Source: Haplodiscus bocki | Lineage: Eukaryota | Reading direction: 5' to 3' | Assembly (NCBI GenBank): GCA_965655095.1 | Contig: OZ296648.1 | Location: forward strand, 91,884,001 to 91,948,000 | DNA: 64,000 bases | Shown: piece by piece, positions 53,401 through 62,330 of the stretch | How positions within the stretch are numbered: position 1 is the stretch's first letter | Layout of the letters: the number at the start of each line of letters is the position of its first letter | Notes under the pieces: generated by a model | What the model was told of the DNA's origin: nothing | Seen by the model: only the letters and a program-made list of their open reading frames with translations | The model's database searches: none | Made by a program: the position numbers and the translations under genes

Positions 53401-56400
53401 TTGTTCTATTTCACAAAAATTACTAAGAATGTTTTTGACATCCGGGAGGTCCGGCAATGTTCACAAGCAGAGTTTTACTTGCTCCAAAAGTAGTAACTTC
53501 TTTCTTCCCGGTAGCCTCTTGAATGTAATAGTTTTGTGAGGTAAGAAATTTTCAAATGGCCTGACGGTATTGCGTAATGCCAAAAAAAGGAATTGAAGCT
53601 AACTGTGTTGATGAGCAAATGAATTTACGGGTTTGACCTCCAGTTAGTTTTTTTACAGTTTATTTTCACTTAATGCTGTTTTTGTCGCATCAATAGTTGT
53701 TTTGATCGTTTTCGGCTGCGGAGTCACTTTTAGGGTGTTGAATGAACAAAACAGGTGAGCGAATACAGCGGACGACTTTATAAATTCGCTCACTTTCTTG
53801 ATTGTCATGACGCAATAGCCAAAACAATCGCTGAGTTTGTTATTGTTTTTTATTGGTTTGCTTATTTCGTTCCTTCGGCAATGACGCTAGAAAACTTTTG
53901 ATAGTTTTGAAAAGCCGAGACGCTGTCCACTGCTGGCTCTATTTTATATACGATTAGACCCCTATGTTCCATTTGTATCCAAATGCCCACGATCCGAATC
54001 TTCGTAGTATGTTAAATCCGCTGCTTCTTGCTGCCAGGAATGACGTCGCTCTGCCAGCTTGATGCCTGTTCATCTTTTCGCAGTCAACTTACTGGGGGTT
54101 GGTCATATCGGTTTTGAAGGACCAAAATTTTTTCATGGCCTCTAGTAAAAAAATGATGCACTTCAATTGAAATTGGGTTCTCTTGCTTTGACTTAATTGA
54201 CATTAAGTTTCTTTTTATTATTGTTTTTAGAATCACCCGAACAGCCAACGAGGACAAATATAGGGAAGAAAGAATCGAAACTTTCACTGAAGAAAAATCT
54301 CAAGATGCAGCGAAGACAAGCTAGAGCGAAGTGGGTTGACTTCTTTTAGTCACTTGTTTTTCCCGAGAGGCAGATTTTTGATTTGTGAGGAAGAGCTTTC
54401 GGAGCTGCTCGTGAACTGAATTTTGACCTTTTTTGCAAACATGAATGCATTTACTGAACGGTGAGTGCCCTTTGATTCTCCTTTTCAGTGTTTGCGTCGC
54501 TGCTGACATCTCAAAAAAATTAGCTGTTAAAACGATATTAACGCTTCCGGATCCCTAGAACCATTCGAGTTATTATTAATCTGGTGAAGCAGATCTTACT
54601 GGTTTTAATTTTGCTGTACTTTTTCAGGTTCATCAGATACACAGAAGCTCAATTGGAAAGTTATAAAAGAGCATTGGGACAAAGCGTGAAAATTGCCACT
54701 CACTACAATCTGAAGCCGATTGCTAATAAAACTTACATAATATGTGATCTGCGTTCGACGTGGTTCAGACCGATCACTGCAAATCCATTTGGAATGGAGA
54801 AAACGGTTAAATCATGAACCTGGTTTCGAATTATTAGTACTAAGGTCTTCTAATTTTACCGTTTGTTCATAATCCATTTCTACTTTGTATGATTTTTCTT
54901 CCTGTTTCGCGAAAGATTGAGAGGAACTGAAAGATAGATGGGTGGATTATGTATTTTTGTCTTTGAAACAATGTAAATACACCTGTTACCTTCCACGTGT
55001 GAATGATCTTACAACTTTCTACCGGACAATTAACATCCGTTTAAGCTATTAGCAAAATCCAAAATAGGGTGTGGCTTTTGTAAAAATGTGCTTTTAAACT
55101 ATTTTATGACCAAAACATGTTTCGTAATGTTGATTGAATAGTTTATGTGATGCCGCGCTCGACGAAAAACGCAGTGAAAATTTTTCAAGGCGATTCTTTT
55201 AGGTTGGGATTCGCAGGTGAGATCTCATTTTTTCACGTAGTAAAGCGCTAGTTTATGCTTGCAGAAAGCAGAAATGATGGCCCTGATGGCTTTAATGTGT
55301 CAACATGCGTGTGAAAGCAGTGTTTTCGTTGTGTTCCATGACGATGGCTGGGAAGTGGTTCCTTTAAGTAAAGATAATATTCTGGAAAGAGCTACCAGGT
55401 TGTTGTCCTTGGTGGCTAGAGCCCTCGGCTTGGATTTGGCTCGAGTTGCTGAAGATCGGGAGAAGAAGATTCAAGAAATAGAAAGGAACGCCACAACTGA
55501 CTTTGAGAGCGTGTTCCCTATGACAATTCTCAATCGTCTCATTAAAGAACATCGGAAGGTAATTTGATCAATCAATCTTTGACCTTAAACAAAATTGTTT
55601 GTCAGGACTTTTGCGCTAGTTAATTTGGTACTAGGTTTTTCTGCTACTAGAACAAATGCTGCTAAACAATTTACTACTAGGTGATAATTGTTTCTAGTCA
55701 ATTGTTACTAATACCTTGCAACTCAGGTCCCAAAGCCAAAAAATTGATACATTGCAGAATGCAACTTACAGACTTGAAGATCTTGGTAGCTAAGACTAAT
55801 GCTGATAATGTGATATGCTAAATGGAAAGTCTTTCGAAATGTTCTGATAGAATTAAAATTTTCTTTTGATGAAGTAAAAATACCATGAAAATTATGAGAA
55901 TCGCTGTTCTGCGTAAAACGGAAAACTATCGAGGATGAATGAATTTTGCAGCTTTTTTCAGGTGGCAAAATTTAATGAAAGTATCAAATTTTCCGTATTG
56001 ATAGTCAAATAAAATTGAAAGTCGTGTGTGGTAGAAAATGAGTATACACATGTACTATGACTTCGAGGGCTCCTTTTGTTTGGGGAGGTTTTTGGGTATT
56101 ACAAGTGCTGATATTAATTTTTTTTTCTCAAGGCTGGCTAAGCGACCTTTTCCTCGACTATCGGTATAACCTAAACGTTCAAAAACGATTTTTTGGGAGA
56201 CATTTGGCAGTTTTTTTTCTCGTTTTAGTTTTCATGACGTGGGAATTCCGTGAATACTAAATTGAGAAAAATATCATACGGGTAATTTACAACGGTATAA
56301 TTTAAATGGATGTGTTGATGAAATTAATCGCATTTCGTCGAATCCATTTCCAACTAGTATTTCGGCTCTCGTATTTCAGTGCCCCACAAGAATCCTTTTC

Positions 56401-59160
56401 TGTGAAGCGTTTTGTACTCTGCTCTTATACTCCTGATGCTATGCTACTCTTTTGTGTTTCATTTCTGTTGTAAATTCTACATTGCAGATTGACAACTTGA
56501 TAGTGATAACAGAAAATGACAGGAATTATGGTCAGCGTCTTGATGGAATTCTGGCTCCTTTTCGAGCGCGCTATCGAAACATGGTCAACAGCGATTTGCT
56601 TTTTGTACAAATGTATGTTGGCAAGGCTCCTCCTCGAGTAAACTACACAGTGTTTCCGGACCACAAGAATGACATTTTTGTTAGCGGCATTTCTGAACAA
56701 GTGTTGCAATACATCGCAGAGTTTGGCAACGGGGCTCAACTTCAGCATGTTTCCGCAATTGACAAAGCATATGGGTTGCACAAAATTCCCGTTTTTGTTG
56801 ACGATTCTAAACCGGAGGGCAAGCAAAACTCCGCTGCAGGTCAAGGTGAACCTGTGGAATCGAAAGTGAATGAGCTGAATAAAGATGATATTGAGCGGAG
56901 ATCCTTCAGGTATGTACAGGGGCGGGTAGTTTGCTGCATACAGCCAAGCTTGACGTGTACAGTTTTCTCCCATTACCGTATTCAGCGCCGTAAACAGCAG
57001 GTTCAAAATTTGAAACGTTTTCACTTCCACTAGATGAGTGTTATTTATTTTTATTTTTAGAATAAAGCTTCCAATGAATTTCCCCTGGTGCAGTGAGAAA
57101 AAAAAAGATAAGGAAAAATGGAATGTTTTGTTCCACTTCCTTAATGAAAATAATGAATACACTCAGTATCTTTTATAAGAACATGAGGGTCTGCAAATTT
57201 TCTGGATTAGAAACTTGTTGTTGTCAAAAACAAATCAAGCTCAAATGTCTTCCGAGCATTTTGCCAGACAAGTTAGCATTGGATTTCCCGTTTAGTCTGG
57301 AGAAATATAGTCCACAGACCCATAAAAAAATTCTTAGTACTCTTTACGACTCCTCTATTTCCAATGTGTCATCATGTCTAGACGCCGAGCAATATTTCAA
57401 TATTTAGGTCTTACATGTACTATAACAGCAATTCAGGAATAATGCAGGCTCAATTTGCTAGTTTTCTCAAGAAAAAATGAGGCTAAATTGTATGAAAGTG
57501 TTCTTATGAAAGATAATGAGTGTATCAGAAAAATATTCTTTCAGATTATTCGAATTTGCTTCTGCCTTTTGCTTTTCCCTAAAGTAATTCTCGGTATTTG
57601 CCGTATACGGCTTTTCGACAGCCGTGTGAGAAACGGAATGGTACTGTATACGACAGGCCAATTCGATCCCGTTTTCATACCGTATGTATATTCGGGGTAC
57701 CTTTCTTTCTGAATGTATCGGCGTTCAAAGAGCCCAGAGGTTATCTTAAGGGAACATGTTATGATTCGGCATTAAGAATTTCACTTGCAACTTTGACTGA
57801 AATTGCACCGTTTGAACCAATTTTTGTATTTTACACTTAAGTTTGAATCACCTGCCCTCTGTTGTCAAGGAATTCACCAAAGAGTGACATTAAATGAGTG
57901 AAATTAGATGAGATCGTTTCTGAATCAGTCTACTATGCCGAACGCGATGAAAACAATTGAAAAAAAGTGTCTGCGAACCTTTTTCGAAAGCAAGCGGGTG
58001 CAACCATCTGTCGTTTTTCCCTGGCTCTCTTCGATTTTGCTTTATTATTTATTTTACATTTCAGTATTCGCAAGATCCGAGTGTTCATCTCCTCGACCTT
58101 CAAAGACATGAAACTGGAGCGTGACCTGATTGTGAATCACGTGATGCCAAAAGCGAGAGAGGTACATGGAAAACGTGATAACTTGTTGCCGTATGAGGTA
58201 GACCTGCGATGGGGAGTAGTGGCTGAAACAGCTTATACAAGCAGGTATGAACCCTCCTGTATCGCCTGGCAGTGTGTACATTTTTATTTTTTAAAGTACT
58301 TTTTTTGATAAAAAGGAATTTTCTATCAGAAAAAAGCCCTTTAATTTTTATCGTTCCAAAACTAAATTTTAACGGAAATTCAGAGTTGTATTCAGTCAGA
58401 AAGACATTGAAGTCTGACTTGACACAGGCCGCCATCGAGAGTCGACTTTTTTCGGGTATGAGTCAAAAACTTTCGAACTTCTTGTAGAATTCTTTCTTCT
58501 TGACTCAGCTTCATCAGTATGTTGGTCCAGAGTTCGATCCCGGTTTGTTCCAATTTTTTTGATAGTAAATAGTATTACTTTAAAGAAATTTCCTCTAAAG
58601 TATTGCAATAAAAAGGGTTTAAAAATTTACAGTATCCTTTAAAGGATACTTTAAATAATCCTTTCAATGTACATCACTGTCTAATTTTGCATCGATCTTA
58701 AATCCATTAATCTAAAATAATCTTGGCTCTCTGCAATTTTCCGCGGATTTTTTAGTGCCCTGGCAGTTTGCTTGGAAGAGGTTCAGAGATGTGATGTTTT
58801 TGTGGGATTGCTGGGATCAAGATATGGCAGCTGTCCCGACAAGTATTCGGTGCCCTTGACACCAGAATTTGAATGGGTAAACGATATACCCTCCGGCCTA
58901 TCGGTGACCGAACTTGAGATCCGACAAGCCATGCAGTTGAAGAAGCCAATGTTGATTCTCATTCGAAATCATAAAACCCAGTAAGTGAAATAGCAGTGGC
59001 TTCAATTTCTTTTTCAATCGAATTTTTTTGTGAATTTTCAATTTTGCAGCGAAGCATCGGATGAGCCCAGAGAAGAAGAATTTAACTCTGACAAGCTGCG
59101 AGATTTGATTGGACTTCTGAGGAAAAAGGCTCGCAAACTGTCGTTTTTGCAAGTTACTGA
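29442..59160 (+). CDS. TEP1: Telomerase protein component 1 / vault-associated TEP1, 5' portion (17 exons, about 1001 codons; gene continues beyond the last exon found)
   Basis: Phase-compatible GT-AG exons encode recognisable TEP1 motifs in the correct order: [134 protein letters not shown]. Confidence 0.93.
30026..30232 (+). CDS. TEP1: TEP1 exon 2 (N-terminal region)
   Basis: TTTTAG acceptor, open frame NLRQNLDNPALSS...FQERR, donor GTTGGC, phases 2/2. Confidence 0.6.
33692..33831 (+). CDS. TEP1: TEP1 exon 3
   Basis: TTAG acceptor, LLGSTVTG...HHVEE, donor GTGAGT, phases 2/1. Confidence 0.72.
33831..33866 (+). repeat. 20-nt-period tandem duplication of a splice donor
   Basis: GGTGAGTAATATGATT occurs at 33831 and 33851. 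Confidence 0.9.
34179..34312 (+). CDS. TEP1: TEP1 exon 4
   Basis: Poly-T + CAG acceptor, DESEIEIRK...ALDNVK, donor GTAAGT, phases 1/0. Confidence 0.8.
37496..37633 (+). CDS. TEP1: TEP1 exon 5 (TROVE start)
   Basis: RELISSVSEALV...YDPEFILK; TTTTAG acceptor, GTAAGT donor. Confidence 0.9.
38933..39094 (+). CDS. TEP1: TEP1 exon 6 (TROVE)
   Basis: [22 protein letters not shown]...PYLRRYF...[13 protein letters not shown]. Confidence 0.93.
40384..40608 (+). CDS. TEP1: TEP1 exon 7 (TROVE, basic insert)
   Basis: [30 protein letters not shown]; the donor GTTTGC is weak, so the 3' boundary is less sure. Confidence 0.85.
46174..46197 (+). repeat. (CA)n microsatellite
   Basis: aacacacacacacaaacacacaca. 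Confidence 0.8.
46763..46919 (+). CDS. TEP1: TEP1 exon 8 (TROVE)
   Basis: KFTLKQLIRMTHISKP...ILGKRYP...LPGVFDS; phases 0/1. Confidence 0.9.
49137..49616 (+). repeat. Repeat family R1 with tRNA-like Pol III module and an internal 143-bp tandem duplication (49258-49542)
   Basis: A-box TGGCACAGTG, B-box GAGTTCGAACCCC. The unit AGGTCGTGAGTTCG...ATTATACCA starts at 49258 and 49401. The 3' end matches the reverse complement of 60294-60340. Confidence 0.8.
50351..50559 (+). CDS. TEP1: TEP1 exon 9 (TROVE)
   Basis: [45 protein letters not shown]. Confidence 0.95.
51022..51115 (+). CDS. TEP1: TEP1 exon 10 (TROVE)
   Basis: [23 protein letters not shown] acceptor, GTTAGT donor. Confidence 0.9.
54231..54330 (+). 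CDS. TEP1: TEP1 exon 11 (basic linker)
   Basis: TTTTTAG acceptor, ESPEQPTRTN...QRRQARAK; phases 1/2 bridge exons 10 and 12 exactly. Confidence 0.75.
54628..54805 (+). CDS. TEP1: TEP1 exon 12 (TROVE end / vWA-like start)
   Basis: YTEAQLESYKRALGQSVKIATHYNLKPI..KTYIICD. Confidence 0.87.
55265..55558 (+). CDS. TEP1: TEP1 exon 13 (vWA-like)
   Basis: ALMALMCQHACE...NILERA; TTGCAG acceptor, GTAATT donor, phases 0/0. Confidence 0.87.
56488..56909 (+). CDS. TEP1: TEP1 exon 14
   Basis: IDNLIVI...YRNMVNSDLLFV...NDIFVSGISEQVLQYIAEFG...LQHVSAIDK. Confidence 0.9.
58065..58244 (+). CDS. TEP1: TEP1 exon 15 (DUF4062-like)
   Basis: [19 protein letters not shown]...EVDLRWGV. Confidence 0.93.
58631..58650. 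repeat. Perfect 20-bp palindrome
   Basis: AGTATCCTTTAAAGGATACT, with imperfect inverted flanks. Confidence 0.9.
58756..58980 (+). CDS. TEP1: TEP1 exon 16 (DUF4062-like)
   Basis: [23 protein letters not shown]...GLSVTELEI. Confidence 0.93.
59050..59160 (+). CDS. TEP1: TEP1 exon 17
   Basis: 69-nt intron before it, TTTTGCAG acceptor, EASDEPREEEFNSDKLRDLIGLL, donor GTTAGT, phases 2/2. Confidence 0.78.
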
Positions 59161-60293
59161 GTTAGTGAAATTTAACTGTTTTGTATGGGCCCAATTTTGT
59201 TTTTTGAAACCAATCGCTTGAAATATCTACTCATGCTAAACCTGGATTTTTTTCCATCACTCTTCTCCCAACTTTTCACATACATCAACATCATGCCGAA
59301 TTTCGACAAATCATCAAGGATTATTGAAAGTGATATAGCGTGGGATTTTTTGAAAACGAAATCCATCAAAATTGACAATCATGGATTGTTGGGCCTTAAT
59401 AAGCGTAATAATGAAATCTTATGCCTTGCCTTCGTATTTGAGGACAATTTGTGGTAGAGCATAATTGGAGTGCATTTTGTGCAATAGATCGATGATTTCA
59501 GCTGTAAAGTAAGAAAAGTAGCTGAGCATCATTAATTACATATTGATGACTCGGCAAAAAACAATTGCTATCGTATTGCATAGACTGTAAGCAGAAGTTT
59601 AGTTCGGAAGTTTTGTACTCCTTCGACAGTTTGGTGCTACTTTCTTGAAGTTCTCGATTTGGGAGAAGGATTGAGTGGTAAAAAATATAATCCGAGCTCA
59701 TCTGAAGTTACTGTTTTATTCTGAAAGTTGAATTTAGGTCCGAAAGTGCATATGTTCCCTGAAATCTAACAGCTTTTGTTTTCATGGCCTGTATCTTTCT
59801 GACGACCATTCTTTGCCCTCGAAGTGCTCTAGCAAAACGTAAATACAAGATAGTTGTTGAATAGGTGGCAGAAGATCGGCTCCTTACTGTTTCAATTGCC
59901 TTTACCACTTTTTGTTTTGCTTTCAGACTTCAATAGTTGTCAGTAGATACGTGTCTCAATAGTTCAATGGGAGCTTCAAGTTCTTTTGTCCGTGACAACT
60001 GCCATTTTTCTACGCCATGGTTGCCATGAAACAAAACGAAAGCTTTTATCACATATAATGGCCGATCAACGAAAGAGAATTGCACAAAATTGTATGAACA
60101 TATAAAGATGATCTTGAAAATTCCCGTTTTTTGTTCTCCGGTCAAAGGCAAAACGGCATTCGAACATAATGGATTCAGGTACTGTCCCATTCCCGTTTGC
60201 GTGTGATTTTGGGTTTTTGTTGTAATAAACAAACCGGTCGGGTCAGAAAAATTGAGAAATTTAGAACTTGGGACTAGAAGCCAAGAATGCCCA

Positions 60294-60660
60294 GAGTCGG
60301 CGCCACTCTAAATACTCACAGGACGGAGTTGATTTTGATGTTTAAAAAAATGTACTTTGGTGTGTTTTTTGGTTTTGAAATTTAGAAAATATTGCTTATG
60401 CTGAGATTCAAACCCGCTAATTGTCGATTCGGTAGATTATATAAGGGGGTGTCACGAAAAAATGTTGGACCAAAGATCCGAAATTTTTTGAAAATTGGTA
60501 GATTTTTGAATAGTTTTCGGTTTAAATTATTAACAAAATAGGTCTATACCGGGGTTCGAACCAGCGATTTGGAGCCCTTTTGTCCTACCGACTGAGCCAT
60601 ATAAATTGTAATAGAAATGCAATTATGTCCGAATTGGATCAGTTCGATCTGAGCTATATC
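60294..60660 (-). repeat. Inverted copy of repeat family R1
   Basis: GAGTCGGCGCCAC...AATACTCACAGGACGGAGTTGATTTTGATG is the reverse complement of 49561-49616. Minus-strand A-box TGGCTCAGTCGG and B-box GGTTCGAACCCC at 60545-60600. Confidence 0.8.
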
Positions 60661-60944
60661 ATTTTTGGAAAACAAAATCGCTACAATAGTCGGCCTCCTT
60701 ACTAAAAGCGAAGCGCTGACTAAAAAGAGTGTGCTTTCGTTGTAAGTGTTCTAGATTAGTAACCTATTTGGCTTCTAATCTGTACTTCCGGAGCAATTGA
60801 TTGCAAAACAGACATTGATCTACAATTTGTAGTTTCGGATCATAGCATACTCTGGTAGTACGAATGAAAGTGAGGATTCCGATGGGTGTTTACACAATAA
60901 AATTAGGAAACCTCGTGAAAGACCATCACCAGACTCAAAATTTG

Positions 60945-61195
60945 GTTCACTTTTTTACACTGGCGCAAGCAATTGTATTATCTCACACTCTTTGATTTTT
61001 TTTTGCGATTCATTCACAACTCTCACCAGATTTTACCAGATTTTGGCCAAAGAGAGGCGAGAGTGGCTTAGGCTCGAACCTGGTACCTTTGGCTCTCCAG
61101 TTGCATGTTTTTCTGACTGTGCCATTGCTGCTCGAGAAACAGTATTCTTCTTCAAAATCTGAAGCGAATAAAATATTTTAGCGTACTTGTGTATA
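60945..61195 (+). repeat. Repeat family R2 copy truncated at the RTE tail
   Basis: Matches 15045-15280 (CACTGGCGCAAGCAA, AGATTTTGGCCAAAGAGA, GGCTCGAACCT, CTGACTGTGCCATTGC). Confidence 0.75.
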
Positions 61196-62050
61196 ATCAT
61201 CATCTTCAAGTTGTGCCATCCTCTGGTTCGAGGGTAGGCTCCATGGAAAGCAAGTTCTCTATGCCGTCTCTGCATAATTTCCTGTTTTCCTCTCCTCATC
61301 AGAAGGGTCAATTTGTTGTTTTTTGAGATCAGCCTTCTGAATCAAGACCCCCAAGCATCATCAAACCAAAAAAATCCGCCTTCTTCGTCCAACAACTTTT
61401 CGTGTGAGGGTGGTGGACAATGGAGAGCTCTTTTCAAAACTGACGATCCACTCATGACATGGCCAATGAAATTCAATTTTCTTTTCATCATCGACTTCAA
61501 AAGAATGGCTTCTTTCAGATTCATTCTTCTGAAAACACTCTCGTTGGTCACATGAGTAGTGTATGGGACTAGCAGATTGCGTCGAAAGTACTATAATTCG
61601 AAAGACGTTTTCTAGCGTGCATTTTTCCTGTTAAAGGCCATGTCTCAGCCGCATATGGGAAGATGGTCCAATGAAACTTTCTCATTAAATTAATTTGAGT
61701 TGTCAGTCTCAGGTTTCGAGTGTAGAATCTTTCATGTCAAATAACTTCTGACGGCAACAGCTAATCGGCTTTTTGCTTCGTTCAAGTCAGAGCCGTCTGG
61801 GTAGATGTTGATTCCCAGATAAATAAAATGTTCAGTTTCTTCAATGTTCATCTCATTCACTACGAGGGAGGCTCAAAGGTTTTTCATGCGACCCAGGAAA
61901 GGCAGCTTTCATCGGTTTAGTTTTCTTTGCATTGATGTCAATGCCAAAGTGTTTTCTCAGCAGGGTTAGCTGATTCCATGGAATCGCAAATCAGTTAGCC
62001 ATCTGCATAGATGTTTCCAGGGAGCACCACCTGGAGGTGATGTTCTTCAA
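61196..62050 (-). mobile_element. 5'-truncated RTE-clade LINE fragment
   Basis: Minus strand: IEETEHFIYLG, FRRNLLVPYTTHVTNESVF, KRKLNFIGHVM (RTE C-terminal motifs), then a short GATGATGAT tail at 61196-61204. Confidence 0.8.
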
Positions 62051-62056
62051 AAGGAG

Positions 62057-62330
62057 GGAGTGGCATAGACTCGAGCCTGATAACATTCGCGCCGCAATCT
62101 TTGATATTGCCGCTTGAGAGTTAGTATTTTTTAAAATATGAAGTGAAGAACTTTTACCGCGTTTAATACTTTTATGTAATTGTAGAAGAATTAACTGAGT
62201 TTCTGTCATTTTTTATCAGTAGTATCCGTAGTGAAGTAAACCCTTTAAAAATATCTGTAGTCGATTTGTTCTTTAGCATTCCTTCGGCGCAAGAGTTGCG
62301 AGGCCCAGCTTCGCCTCTGGGTACAAAATG
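62057..62330 (+). repeat. Repeat family R2 copy with best-preserved terminal motif
   Basis: Shares ATTGCCGCTTGAGAG, GAAGAATTAA.TGAGTTTCTGT and CGATTTGTTCTTTAG with 15205-15430. End motif GGCGCAAGAGTTGCGAGGCCCAGCTTCGCCTCTG at 62286-62319. Confidence 0.8.

Noticed and set aside
55203-55216. 14-nt microexon (AG|GTTGGGATTCGCAG|GTGAGA)
   Set aside because: Splice signals look good, but inclusion shifts the frame between exons 12 and 13, which already join in phase 0.
56425-57162. 245-aa minus-strand ORF
   Set aside because: Antisense shadow of TEP1 exon 14, with no recognisable protein features.
59927-59945. Next TEP1 exon after a strong TTTCAG acceptor
   Set aside because: The required phase-2 frame hits TAG after two codons. 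No further TEP1 exon was recognised before 64000.
60540-60605. tRNA gene on the minus strand
   Set aside because: The anticodon arm is truncated; it is part of repeat family R1.
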